A stretch of DNA of 64,000 bases, from contig CBDDPY010000002.1 in the NCBI GenBank assembly GCA_965232515.1, forward strand, positions 2,688,001 to 2,752,000. The letters are read 5' to 3'. The stretch's first letter is position 1; each line of letters opens with the position of its first letter. Shown here piece by piece: positions 10,006 through 20,033 of this stretch. The notes beneath the pieces are model-generated. The model was not told the origin of the DNA. It ran no database searches and saw only the letters and a list, made by a program, of their open reading frames with translations. Source of the DNA: Alphaproteobacteria bacterium. Its GTDB lineage: Bacteria; Pseudomonadota; Alphaproteobacteria; GCA-2731375. The translations under genes and the position numbers were made by a program.

Positions 10006-10740
10006 TCAGGATCCGCCCTTGATCGCCGCCTTATGGGCGTACATGGCCTTGTCGGCCGCCGCCATGGCGTCGCCCGCCGTGGTCTCGTCGCCGGCGAATC
10101 CCGCAACGCCATATGCCACCGATACGGTGAAGTGGTCGTCGCCCCACGGCACGGGCACGGCGGCGATATCGGCGGCAAGGGCCGCCGCCTTGACGTTGGC
10201 TGTCTGCTCGTCCGTATGGGTCAGGATCACGCCGAACTCGTCGCCGCCCAGGCGGCCGACCACGTCGGAGCCGCGGACCTGACGCGTCAGCGTGTCGGCG
10301 ACATGCAGCAGCGCCGCATCGCCGGCCGCATGGCCGTGGGTGTCGTTGATCTGCTTGAAGCCGTTGACGTCGAAGTAGATCAGGCTGCTGGCGGTGCCGT
10401 AGCGCTGACCATAGGAAATAATGCGGCTCAACTCGCGGACGAAAGCCCGCCGGTTGGCAACGGGCGCGAGCGTATCCTGATCGGCAAGCTGCTCGAGCTG
10501 GCTCAATCGGGTCTGGGCGCCGGCGAGATCGCGGCGCAAGCGCTCGACCTCCTCCATCAGCGTCATGATCGCCGCGCGCACCTTCGGCGTCAGCTCGGCC
10601 TCGGGCACGCCGAGGATGCTGGCCGAATCGTTGCTGTCGGCGGCCGCGCCGGTTGCCGCCACGGTCGGCTTCCGCGTCGACGTCTTGTCGTCCCGCGTGC
10701 CGGCGACCCCCCGGATTGGCTTGGTTTCTCCGATCTTCAT
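10006..10740 (-). CDS. diguanylate cyclase (GGDEF, DgcA-like)
   Basis: Coiled coil followed by D.L..NRR, RxxD I-site (RGSD) and GGDEF. The N-terminus resembles Caulobacter DgcA (from memory). Confidence 0.9.
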   Translation of the reverse strand: MKIGETKPIRGVAGTRDDKTSTRKPTVAATGAAADSNDSASILGVPEAELTPKVRAAIMTLMEEVERLRRDLAGAQTRLSQLEQLADQDTLAPVANRRAFVRELSRIISYGQRYGTASSLIYFDVNGFKQINDTHGHAAGDAALLHVADTLTRQVRGSDVVGRLGGDEFGVILTHTDEQTANVKAAALAADIAAVPVPWGDDHFTVSVAYGVAGFAGDETTAGDAMAAADKAMYAHKAAIKGGS

Positions 10741-10958
10741 CGCTTCGCAATTCTGACGGCGCCGTCGCGCTGACAACACGCGGCATCGCCCCATCGGCGA
10801 CACCGCGCAGGAAACCACCGGCGATTATAGCCCGAATCGTTAACAAACATTGCCAACTTGTGACATCGACTTGCAGAATCGGTTCCGGCAAACCCCGTTG
10901 ACCAGAACGGGTTGCCACCTATACTCGCCGCCTCGTCAACGCCATCGGGACCACGACA

Positions 10959-11456
10959 ATGGCCAATGCGGCCCCCTCGGTCGGTATCATCATGGGCAGC
11001 CAGTCCGACTGGGAAACCATGCGGCACGCGGCCGACGTCCTGACGGAACTCGGGATCGCGAGCGAGACCCGGATCGTCTCGGCGCACCGCACCCCGGAGC
11101 GGCTCTACGAATACGCCGACGGTGCGCGCGACCGGGGCCTGAAGGTGATCATCGCCGGCGCCGGCGGCGCCGCGCACCTGCCCGGCATGACCGCCGCGAT
11201 GACGCCGCTGCCGGTGTTCGGCGTGCCGGTCGAGAGCAAGGCGTTGAAGGGCATGGACAGCCTGTTGTCGATCGTGCAGATGCCGGCCGGCATTCCGGTC
11301 GGCACGCTCGCCATCGGCCGGGCCGGCGCGGTGAACGCGGGCCTGCTGGCGGCCGCGGTGGTCGCGCTCTCCGACCCGGCGGCGGCAACGGCGCTCGACA
11401 ACTGGCGCAAACGCCAGACCGACGCCGTGGCGCTGACCCCCGACGACGACGGCTGA
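10959..11456 (+). CDS. purE: N5-carboxyaminoimidazole ribonucleotide mutase
   Basis: [16 protein letters not shown] and [12 protein letters not shown] motifs. Confidence 0.97.
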   Translation: MANAAPSVGIIMGSQSDWETMRHAADVLTELGIASETRIVSAHRTPERLYEYADGARDRGLKVIIAGAGGAAHLPGMTAAMTPLPVFGVPVESKALKGMDSLLSIVQMPAGIPVGTLAIGRAGAVNAGLLAAAVVALSDPAAATALDNWRKRQTDAVALTPDDDG

Positions 11457-11465
11457 CAAACCGAG

Positions 11466-12542
11466 ATGACGGTCTTCCGGCCCGGCGCGACGATCGGCAT
11501 TCTCGGCGGCGGCCAGCTCGGCCGCATGCTGGCGCTGGCGGCCGCGCCGCTGGGCTATCGCTGCCATATCTTTTCGCCGGACACCGACAGCCCGGCCGCC
11601 CAGGTATCGGCGGCAGCCACCGTCGCCGCCTATGACGATTGGAGGGCGCTCGACACCTTCGCGGAAGCCATCGACGTGGCGACCTACGAGTTCGAGAACG
11701 TGCCGGCCGAAACGGCCGACCGCCTGGCGGCGCATGTGCCCGTGCGGCCCGGCCAAAAGGCGCTGGCGACCGCGCAGGACCGGCTGACGGAAAAGGATTT
11801 CGCCCGCGGCATCGGCGCTGGGACAGCCGACTATATGGGCGTCGCGTCGGCCGCCGAGCTGGCGGTCGCCATTGACCGGATCGGCACGCCGTCGGTGCTG
11901 AAAACGCGCCGGCTGGGCTATGACGGCAAGGGCCAGATCCGGATCGAGGCGATCGCCGATCCGGCCGCGGCCTGGCGGGCAATCGGCGAGGCGCCGTCGA
12001 TCCTGGAGGCGTTCGTCGACTTCCGCATGGAGGTCTCGGTTGTCGCCGCGCGCGGCGTCGACGGCAGCATCCGGTGCTACGACGTGATCGAGAACCGGCA
12101 CGCCAATCACATCCTGGACACCAGCACAATGCCGGCCCGCATTCCGGAGGAGCTGGCAAGGGAGGCGCAGGACCTGGCCGCGACCATGCTGCACGACCTC
12201 GACTATGTGGGCGTCATGGCGGTCGAGCTGTTTGTCACGACCGGCGACCGGCTGCTGGTCAACGAGATCGCGCCGCGGGTACACAATTCCGGCCATCTGA
12301 CGATCGAGGCGACGCCCACGAGCCAGTTCGCCCAGCATATCCGGGCGATCTGCGGACAACCGCTGGGGTCGGTCGAGCGCCTGGCGGCGGCCGAAATGCG
12401 GAATCTGATCGGCGATCAGGTCAACGATTGGCCCGAGATCCTGGCCGAGCCGGGGGCGCATCTGCACCTCTACGGCAAATCCGACATCCGCGCCGGCCGC
12501 AAGATGGGGCACGTCACCCGCCTGAAACCCGAGGATCGCTGA
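11466..12542 (+). CDS. purK: N5-carboxyaminoimidazole ribonucleotide synthase
   Basis: GGGQLGRM, GYDGKGQ, NEIAPRVHNSGH and RKMGH motifs. Confidence 0.97.
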   Translation: MTVFRPGATIGILGGGQLGRMLALAAAPLGYRCHIFSPDTDSPAAQVSAAATVAAYDDWRALDTFAEAIDVATYEFENVPAETADRLAAHVPVRPGQKALATAQDRLTEKDFARGIGAGTADYMGVASAAELAVAIDRIGTPSVLKTRRLGYDGKGQIRIEAIADPAAAWRAIGEAPSILEAFVDFRMEVSVVAARGVDGSIRCYDVIENRHANHILDTSTMPARIPEELAREAQDLAATMLHDLDYVGVMAVELFVTTGDRLLVNEIAPRVHNSGHLTIEATPTSQFAQHIRAICGQPLGSVERLAAAEMRNLIGDQVNDWPEILAEPGAHLHLYGKSDIRAGRKMGHVTRLKPEDR

Positions 12543-12548
12543 TCGGGA

Positions 12549-13214
12549 TCAGGCGGTGCGCCGCGTCCCGTGACGCAGGCGGCCGAGCACGGCCCACGGC
12601 GACGGCAGGTCGGGGAAGCGGTCGGTCACCTTCTCGATCCGGCGGCGCACGGTCATGATGCTCATGACCTCCTCGATCCGGCGGTCGAGAAAGTCCCAGC
12701 TGTCGGCGAAATCGTCGGAATCGTCGTTCAGCCAGAACAGCAGCGTCGAGGAATAGACGCCGGCCAGCAGTGCGCGCTTGGTATAGAAGTTGAAATCCGT
12801 CGCGTTGTCGCCGGCGGCGTACCACATGGCATCGACGGTCCGGTAGAGCGATTTCAGTGCCGGGCGGGCGTTTCTCGGCATCGCCTGGACGGCGAGCGCG
12901 CGGCGCACGGCCTCGCGGTGGCTGGCGGCCTGCTCGAGCCGCACCCGCACGGCGGTGGCGATCCGTTCGCGGATCTTCATTGACGGCAGATCGCGGCGCT
13001 CAAGCTCTTCAAGCATCTGCCGGTCGGCCTCGGCGACATAGCAATCGACCGCATCGGCGGCGCCGCCCGGGAACGCGCGGCCCGCCATGTCCTCGTCATA
13101 GCCGGCGGCGACGGCGGCCTTGCGCAGACAGCCGCGCGTCCAGCCGTCAAACGGGACGTTCGGCAGCGCCGCCGTCAGGATCGCGATGCGTTCCGTCGTC
13201 AAGTGCTCGCTCAT
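12549..13214 (-). CDS. COQ9 family protein (rpsU-divergently transcribed)
   Basis: VPFDGW and DAMWYAAGD.ATDFNFYTKRALL motifs; located near rpsU. Confidence 0.9.
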   Translation of the reverse strand: MSEHLTTERIAILTAALPNVPFDGWTRGCLRKAAVAAGYDEDMAGRAFPGGAADAVDCYVAEADRQMLEELERRDLPSMKIRERIATAVRVRLEQAASHREAVRRALAVQAMPRNARPALKSLYRTVDAMWYAAGDNATDFNFYTKRALLAGVYSSTLLFWLNDDSDDFADSWDFLDRRIEEVMSIMTVRRRIEKVTDRFPDLPSPWAVLGRLRHGTRRTA

Positions 13215-13792
13215 GCTTCCGCCGCCTCCACCATCTCGTCGTCCTCCGCCACGGCCTGCGCTTCCGCGACGATGTGGCGGAATTCGCTCTCGAAGACCAG
13301 CTTCGACAGGTCGGTCATGCGCTGCGGGTAAAGAATCCCGTCCAGATGATCGCATTCATGCTGAACGACACGGGCGTGGAACCCGTCGACCTCACGCTCG
13401 AGCCGCTCGCCGGTTGGCGTCAGGCCGCTGTAGCGGATCCGGTCGAACCGGGGCACAAGGCCCCGCAGGCCCGGCACCGACAGGCAACCCTCCCAGTCCT
13501 CGACAACGGCGTCGCCCAGCGACACCACCTCGGGGTTGATCAGGATCGTCAGCGGCAGGACCTCGTCGTCCTCGCCCGCCTGCTCGGCCCGCGCCGGCGT
13601 GATCTGGAACATCACCACGCGCAGCGGCACATGGACCTGCGGCGCGGCGATGCCGGCGCCGTTGGCGTCGACCATGGTCTCGTACATGTCCTGGATCAGG
13701 CGGTGCACATCCGCGCCGGTCGGATCGGCAACGGGCTCGGCCGGCCGGCGCAGCACCGGGTGGCCCATTTTCGCGATTTTTAACAAAGCCAT
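13211..13792 (-). CDS. def: peptide deformylase
   Basis: GAGIAAPQ, EGCLSVP and QHECDHLDG motifs. Confidence 0.96.
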   Translation of the reverse strand: MALLKIAKMGHPVLRRPAEPVADPTGADVHRLIQDMYETMVDANGAGIAAPQVHVPLRVVMFQITPARAEQAGEDDEVLPLTILINPEVVSLGDAVVEDWEGCLSVPGLRGLVPRFDRIRYSGLTPTGERLEREVDGFHARVVQHECDHLDGILYPQRMTDLSKLVFESEFRHIVAEAQAVAEDDEMVEAAEA

Positions 13793-13954
13793 AAGGCCAA
13801 TATGGTCTGCTGACCAGACGCGGTAAAGGTCATTCGGCAGGCGCCATGCACAGCCCGGCCTTGCGGCTTCAGGCTTCACATATCAGACCCGCTGCGGTAT
13901 AACCCGGCCCCTTGATCATTGTGGCCGAAGTCTAATCGTTTAGGGAGAAAAACC

Positions 13955-14164
13955 CTGGTACACGTCCTCGTCCGCGACAACAATGTCGACCAGGCCCTGC
14001 GCGCGCTGAAGAAGAAGATGCAGCGCGAGGGCGTCTTTCGTGAGATGAAGCTTCGCAACTTCTACGAGAAGCCCTCGGTGAAGCGCGCACGCGAGAAGGC
14101 CGAAGCGGTCCGCCGGGCCCGCAAGCTTGCCCGCAAGCGGGCGCAGCGCGAAGGTCTGCTATAG
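13955..14164 (+). CDS. rpsU: 30S ribosomal protein S21
   Basis: [28 protein letters not shown]. Probable CTG start at 13955, 7 nt after GGGAG. Confidence 0.95.
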   Translation: MVHVLVRDNNVDQALRALKKKMQREGVFREMKLRNFYEKPSVKRAREKAEAVRRARKLARKRAQREGLL

Positions 14165-14473
14165 ACCCGTTTCGCCTGCCGGACCGGTTCCGGCACCACG
14201 ATCTTCCGATTTCAACGTGTTTTTTTGCCCCGGTCAGGCCGCCGGGACGTGTTCGCGCGCGCCGCATCGCGCCCCCTGCATGCCTCACACTGGTCACGCC
14301 AAAACGCACACGCATGCCTTCACAAGAGTTCATTAATGGGGAATATGGTTAATTACCGTTGATTCGGCGTCGGTCGATCAACTTTTTTGGCATCAAAACC
14401 AGTTGTTGTTCGTATTTGTAAGTGAGTTTGTGTGACGGACACGCGTTGCGAATCCGTTCGTAGATATAAAAGC

Positions 14474-15952
14474 ATGAGGGTAATGAGGGCCGACCGCATG
14501 CTGTTGTTGCAAGATCGCGAACCCGCTTCGCTTGGCGAGCTCGCGAAATCCTCCGAAGCGAAGCTTCTGCTGATGTTTTTCGCCATCAGTTGCGCGGCGC
14601 TCGTTGCCGCGTGGGTCGGCATGCGCGTGGTTATCACCGAAGCGATCGAGGACGAGGCCCGCGAGACGGCGGCGCAATGGGCCCAGGTGTTCGAAAAGGA
14701 GCTGGTGCATCATCACGTCGATGTGCAGCGACTGTTGTCGGGCCGGCAGCCGTTGGAGAGCGATGGCCATCTGGTCGAGATCGCCAACAGCATCGAAAAC
14801 GTCTTTCGCTACCGCATTCTCGACGCGGATGGCGTGACGCGGCTCGGCGTGGCGGCCGATATCGGGACCCGCACGTCCGACACCAAATTCGCCGACGTCA
14901 TGGCGTCGGGTCAGCCTTATGCCGAGATCGAACGGAGCCAGGACTTCGGCCCCGAGCGCCGGCTGGTCAGCGAAGCCTATGTGCCGATCCTGCGCGACGG
15001 CCGAGCGGTCGGCGCGGTCGAGGTTTATGTCGATATGACGGACCGGGCCGATGCCGTCGAAGGGCTCGGCAACACGGTCCTAATCGGTCTTGCGTCGCTG
15101 CTGGCCGTCATGGGCGTCCTGAAAAGCCTTTGCGCCTGGCGCAGCCTACGCGAGCGGCGCCGCACCGAGGCCGCGTTGCTGCAGGCCAAGATCGAGGCGG
15201 AAATGGCAAATCAGGCGAAATCAGAGTTTCTCGCCAGCATGAGCCATGAGCTGCGCACGCCGCTGAACTCGATCATTGGCTTCTCGGAGATCATCGCGAC
15301 CAACGGCATGGGGCCGGTCGGAAACGCGCGGTATGTCGAGTATGCGGACCATATCCACGAGTCCGGTCAGTTTCTGCTCGAATTGGTGAACGACATCCTC
15401 GATCTGTCGAAAATCGCCGCCGGCAAGGCGAGCTTGCGCGAACAGGAACTGGACCTCGAATCCCTGATCGATGCCTGCATGATCATGGTGCAGCAATCCG
15501 CGGCCAACGGCGGCGTGACCCTGGAAACCCAGCCGACGACAGCGGCGATTTACGCGGACGAACTCAAACTGCGACAAATCCTGATCAACCTGCTGGCAAA
15601 CGCGATCCGCTTCACGCCGGCCGGCGGGACCGTGACGCTGTCCGCGACGCCCGGCCCCGCCGGCGAGTTGATCCTGGCGATCGCCGACACCGGTGTCGGG
15701 ATCGCACGCAAGGACATGGCGAAAGTTCTTCAGCCGTTCGGCCAGGCGAATAACGCGCCGGCCGTCACACCCACCGGGACCGGCCTCGGCCTGCCGTTGG
15801 CCAAGGCGTTCGCGGAACTGCACGACGCCGAGTTTTCGCTCGACAGCGAACCTGGCGTCGGCACGACGGTGACGATCAGGTTCCCGGCGGCGCGCGTCAT
15901 CGACCTCGCCGCGTCGGACGCCGAATTCGAGGAGCGAGCCGAAACCGGCTAA
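14474..15952 (+). CDS. membrane sensor histidine kinase (PleC/DivJ-like H-box)
   Basis: Two TM helices flank a periplasmic domain. Contains AKSEFLASMSHELRTPLNSIIGFSE plus N, G1 and G2 boxes. Start uncertain. Confidence 0.9.
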   Translation: MRVMRADRMLLLQDREPASLGELAKSSEAKLLLMFFAISCAALVAAWVGMRVVITEAIEDEARETAAQWAQVFEKELVHHHVDVQRLLSGRQPLESDGHLVEIANSIENVFRYRILDADGVTRLGVAADIGTRTSDTKFADVMASGQPYAEIERSQDFGPERRLVSEAYVPILRDGRAVGAVEVYVDMTDRADAVEGLGNTVLIGLASLLAVMGVLKSLCAWRSLRERRRTEAALLQAKIEAEMANQAKSEFLASMSHELRTPLNSIIGFSEIIATNGMGPVGNARYVEYADHIHESGQFLLELVNDILDLSKIAAGKASLREQELDLESLIDACMIMVQQSAANGGVTLETQPTTAAIYADELKLRQILINLLANAIRFTPAGGTVTLSATPGPAGELILAIADTGVGIARKDMAKVLQPFGQANNAPAVTPTGTGLGLPLAKAFAELHDAEFSLDSEPGVGTTVTIRFPAARVIDLAASDAEFEERAETG

Positions 15953-16749
15953 CGTGCCCGCGCGGTCAGTCCGCCGTCGACCAGGATCTCGGCCCCGGTG
16001 ACGTATTTCGATTCATCGCTGGCAAAATAGAGCCCCGCGTAGGCCACGTCCCAGGCATCGCCCATCCGGCCCATCGGCACCTGTGCGTTACGCTTGTCGA
16101 TCAGCGCTTGCGCCTCGCCGCCGGCATACTGGCCCGCCAGTCGCGCCTCGACGAGCGGCGTGTGCATCAACCCCGGGATCACGGTGTTGAAGCGGATGTT
16201 CCGGGCCGCGTATTTCACGGCGAGATGGCGGGAAAACTGGATCAGGCCGGCCTTGGCGGCGGCATAGGCGACGTGATCGTTGCCCATGTGCCGCAGGCCG
16301 GCGATCGAGGCGATGTTGACGACGGAACCGCCGCCCTGGCCCTCCATGACCGGCAAGGCGTGCTTGCAGGCGAGATAGACGCTTTTCAGGTTCATGTCGA
16401 TCTGGTGGTCCCAGACCTCTTCCGGCATCTCGACCGGACCGCCGGGCGCCGAGCCGCCGACGTTGTTGTGCAGCACATCGATGCGACCGAACCGATCCGT
16501 GCAGGTCCGCACCATGGCGGCGACCGCGTCGCTGTCGGTGGCATCGGTCTGGCAGACCTCGGCGACGCCGCCCTCCTCGGCGATCAGCGACTGGGTTTCG
16601 CGCGCGGCGTCGAGATCGATATCGGCGGCGAAAACCTGTGCGCCCTCGCGCGCATAAAGCACGGCCGCGGCCTTGCCGTTGCCCCAGCCCGGTCCGACCG
16701 AGCCGGCGCCAGTGATCAGCGCGATCTTACCTTCGAGGCGTCCGGCCAT
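15949..16749 (-). CDS. SDR family oxidoreductase
   Basis: TGAGS.G.G.G.G, HNNVG and YAAAK motifs. Confidence 0.92.
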   Translation of the reverse strand: MAGRLEGKIALITGAGSVGPGWGNGKAAAVLYAREGAQVFAADIDLDAARETQSLIAEEGGVAEVCQTDATDSDAVAAMVRTCTDRFGRIDVLHNNVGGSAPGGPVEMPEEVWDHQIDMNLKSVYLACKHALPVMEGQGGGSVVNIASIAGLRHMGNDHVAYAAAKAGLIQFSRHLAVKYAARNIRFNTVIPGLMHTPLVEARLAGQYAGGEAQALIDKRNAQVPMGRMGDAWDVAYAGLYFASDESKYVTGAEILVDGGLTARAR

Positions 16750-16763
16750 GATTCTGCTCCGCG

Positions 16764-18152
16764 CTAGAGCGACTTGACGATGTCCTCGACCATCTTCTTG
16801 GCGTCGCCGAACAGCATCATGGTGTTGTCGGCATAAAACAGATCGTTGTCGATGCCGGCATAGCCCGGCGACAGCGAGCGTTTGACGAACAGGACGGTGC
16901 GCGACTTGTCGACGTCGAGAATCGGCATGCCGGCGATCGGACTGGAGGGATCGGTGCGGGCGGCCGGGTTGGTGACGTCGTTGGCGCCGATCACGAAGGC
17001 GACGTCGGTGTTGGCGAAGTCGGAGTTGATCTCTTCCAGCTCGGCCACTTCGTCATAGGGCACGTTGGCCTCGGCCAGCAGCACGTTCATGTGGCCCGGC
17101 ATGCGGCCGGCGACGGGGTGGATGGCGTAGCGCACGTTCACCCCCTCGGCCTTCAGCAGGTCCGCCATCTCGCGCAATGTGTGCTGCGCCTGCGCCACCG
17201 CCATGCCGTAGCCCGGCACGATGATGACCGAGCCGGCATTCTTCATGATGAAGGCCGCGTCGTCGGCGCTGCCGGGCTTGACCGGCTTGTCGGAGCGGGT
17301 CGCCGCGGCGGCGCCGCTGTCGCCGCCGAAGCCGCCCAGCAGCACGCTGATGAACGAGCGGTTCATGGCCCGGCACATGATGTAGCTGAGGATGGCGCCG
17401 GACGAGCCGACCAGCGCGCCGGTGATGATCAGCGCCGTGTTCTCCAACGTGAAGCCGATGCCGGCCGCAGCCCAGCCCGAATAGGAGTTCAGCATCGAGA
17501 CGATGACCGGCATGTCGGCGCCGCCGATCGGGATGATCAGCAGGAAGCCGATGGCAAAGGCGATCAGCGTCATCAGCCAGAAGTAATTCACCTCGGGCTC
17601 GACGCAGAAGGCCACCATCAGCGCGACGATGACGAGGCCGATTAGGGCGTTCAGCGCGTGCTGGCCTTTGAACACGATGGGGTTGCCCGACATCAGCGCC
17701 TGCAGCTTGGCAAAGGCGATCAGCGAGCCCGAAAAGGTGATGGCGCCGATCACCACGCCGAGCGACATCTCGATGCGGCTGACCAGCTTCAGCGCCCCGG
17801 TCTCGTCGACGATGCCGTAGGCGGCCGGATTGTAAAGCGCCGCGGCGGCGACCAGCACGGCGGCGAGACCGACCAGGCTGTGGAAGGCGGCGACCAGCTG
17901 TGGCATCGCCGTCATCTGGATCTTCAGCGCGATCACCGTGCCGATCGCGCCGCCGACGACCAGCGCGATCAGGATCCAGACATAGGACACGACCTCGGGA
18001 TCGATGATCGTGGTGATCACCGCGATGGTCATGCCGATGATGCCGTACATGTTGCCGGCGCGCGACGAGTCCGGCGACGACAGCCCGCGCAGCGCCATGA
18101 TGAACAGCACCGAAGAAACCAGGTAGGCGAGCGCCGTGAGGTTTGCAGACAT
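16764..18152 (-). CDS. pntB: NAD(P) transhydrogenase beta subunit
   Basis: PIGGADMP, NSYSGWAA, HPVAGRMPGHMNVLLAEA and GANDVTNP motifs. Confidence 0.97.
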   Translation of the reverse strand: MSANLTALAYLVSSVLFIMALRGLSSPDSSRAGNMYGIIGMTIAVITTIIDPEVVSYVWILIALVVGGAIGTVIALKIQMTAMPQLVAAFHSLVGLAAVLVAAAALYNPAAYGIVDETGALKLVSRIEMSLGVVIGAITFSGSLIAFAKLQALMSGNPIVFKGQHALNALIGLVIVALMVAFCVEPEVNYFWLMTLIAFAIGFLLIIPIGGADMPVIVSMLNSYSGWAAAGIGFTLENTALIITGALVGSSGAILSYIMCRAMNRSFISVLLGGFGGDSGAAAATRSDKPVKPGSADDAAFIMKNAGSVIIVPGYGMAVAQAQHTLREMADLLKAEGVNVRYAIHPVAGRMPGHMNVLLAEANVPYDEVAELEEINSDFANTDVAFVIGANDVTNPAARTDPSSPIAGMPILDVDKSRTVLFVKRSLSPGYAGIDNDLFYADNTMMLFGDAKKMVEDIVKSL

Positions 18153-18165
18153 TGCCCCGCCCCCG

Positions 18166-18465
18166 CTATTTCTTCTTCTTGTACATCGCCAGCATGCGCT
18201 GTGTGACGGTGAAGCCGCCGAAGATGTTGACGGCGGCGAGCGCGATGGCGATCACGCCCAATATCTTCGACAGGCTGATATCAGCCGGTCCGGCGGCGAT
18301 CAAGGCGCCGACGATGATCACGGACGAGATCGCATTGGTCACCGACATCAGCGGCGTGTGCAGCGCGGGCGTCACGCTCCAGACCACGTAGTAGCCGACG
18401 AAAATCGCCAGCACGAAGATCGCAAGGCGGAAGATGAAGGGATCGACGGTGGCTGCGACGTCCAT
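18166..18465 (-). CDS. pntAb: NAD(P) transhydrogenase alpha subunit part 2
   Basis: VTPALHTPLMSVTNAISS and NIFGGF motifs. Confidence 0.95.
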   Translation of the reverse strand: MDVAATVDPFIFRLAIFVLAIFVGYYVVWSVTPALHTPLMSVTNAISSVIIVGALIAAGPADISLSKILGVIAIALAAVNIFGGFTVTQRMLAMYKKKK

Positions 18466-18504
18466 GTTTTCGGTGTCCTTACGTCAGGTTCACGGGACGC
18501 GGCC

Positions 18505-19662
18505 TCAGCCGCCGTCACCGGTCAGCATCGGATGCACGACCTTGCCGTCGTGCGCGACAAGCGTGCCCTGGACGAGCTCGTCTTCCCAATCGATCTGCAG
18601 GGCGCCGGTCTCGGCGTCGATGAACGGCGTCAGGAAGTTCAGCAGGTTCTTGGCGAACAGCGCCGAGGCATCGACCGGCACCCGGCCCGGCACGTTGTAA
18701 TGGCCGACGATCTTGACCCCGTGGGCCTCGGCGATCTCGCCGGGCGTCGACAGCGTGCAGTTGCCGCCGCTTTCGACCGCGAGATCGACGATCACCGAGC
18801 CGGGTTTCATGGTCTTGACCATGTCCTCGTTGATCAGCGTCGGCGCCGGCCGGCCGGGGATGAGCGCGGTGCAGATAACGATGTCCTGCTTGGTGATGGT
18901 TTCGGCGATCAGTTCGGCCTGCTTGCGCTTGTACTCGTCGCTCATCTCCTTGGCGTAGCCGCCGGCGGTTTCGGCCTGAGCCGTTTCCTCGTCCTCGACC
19001 ATCACAAACGTCGCGCCCAGACTCTCGACCTGTTCCTTCGCGGCCGGCCGAACGTCGGTGGCGGAGACGATGGCGCCCAACCGACGGGCGGTGGCGATCG
19101 CCTGCAGCCCCGCGACGCCCGCGCCCATCACCAGCACGCGCGCCGGCGCAATCGTACCGGCCGCCGTCATCATCATCGGCAGCGCGCGGCCAAAAGCCTC
19201 GGTGGCGTCGAGCACGCTCTTGTAGCCGGCGAGATTGGCCTGGCTCGAGAGAATGTCCATGCTCTGGGCCCGGGTGATGCGCGGCATCAACTCCATGGCG
19301 AACGCGGTGACGCCGGCGGCGGCGAAGGCCTCGACCTGCGGCTTGTTCATCAGGGGATTGAGCGCGGCAATCAGGATCTGACCGGATTTCAGAAGCGCCA
19401 GCTCGTCCGGCCCTCCTTCCTCCGACGTCAACGGCCGGGAAACCTTGAGCACAGCGTCGGCGCCATCCAAGGCCGCCGTGGCATCGGCGGCAATCTTGGC
19501 GCCGGCTTCCTCGAACATCGCATCGGGGATGCTGGCGCTGGCGCCGGCGCCGGTCTCGACCGCGACCTCGACGCCAAGTCCGGCGAACTTCTTGACGGTC
19601 TCGGGCGTCGCCGCGACGCGGGTCTCGTGCGCGCGACGTTCCTTCAGGACGGCGATCTTCAT
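18505..19662 (-). CDS. pntAa: NAD(P) transhydrogenase alpha subunit part 1
   Basis: ETRVAATPE, PRITRAQSMD, GAGVAGL and GGYAK motifs. Confidence 0.96.
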   Translation of the reverse strand: MKIAVLKERRAHETRVAATPETVKKFAGLGVEVAVETGAGASASIPDAMFEEAGAKIAADATAALDGADAVLKVSRPLTSEEGGPDELALLKSGQILIAALNPLMNKPQVEAFAAAGVTAFAMELMPRITRAQSMDILSSQANLAGYKSVLDATEAFGRALPMMMTAAGTIAPARVLVMGAGVAGLQAIATARRLGAIVSATDVRPAAKEQVESLGATFVMVEDEETAQAETAGGYAKEMSDEYKRKQAELIAETITKQDIVICTALIPGRPAPTLINEDMVKTMKPGSVIVDLAVESGGNCTLSTPGEIAEAHGVKIVGHYNVPGRVPVDASALFAKNLLNFLTPFIDAETGALQIDWEDELVQGTLVAHDGKVVHPMLTGDGG

Positions 19663-19797
19663 GCCTTACGAACTCCGATCAGGTCGGCGGCGTCGCCGGA
19701 CGTTGCGGTCGATGTATCGGAACAGGGAAAACGCGGCCCGGCAGCGCCGGCGGCGGAGCGGGCCGATGACACGGCAGGGCGCCTGTCATCAGGTCGG

Positions 19798-19932
19798 TTA
19801 GAGCAGGAAGATGGCCATCAGAACCAAGAGAATGACAATGCCGACGACGGAAATGTTCGTCAGCTTCATGAAGTTGCGCCACATCTGGCGCTGAGCGGAA
19901 ATATCCATGTGGCCACGTGCCTCGTCGCTCAT
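19798..19932 (-). CDS. ctaH: aa3-type cytochrome c oxidase subunit IV
   Basis: 44 aa, MSDEARGHMDISAQRQMWRNFMK followed by a single TM. It is the last part of track ORF 19798..20718 and lies upstream of pntAa. Confidence 0.85.
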   Translation of the reverse strand: MSDEARGHMDISAQRQMWRNFMKLTNISVVGIVILLVLMAIFLL

Positions 19933-20033
19933 ATTGATCCCCCAACAATCGTACGGGTTAAGGTGGCCAGCAATATAACAAAGGCCGTTGCGGATCAATC
20001 GCTTGCTGTACCGGCGACGCGGAGCGGCCGGAC

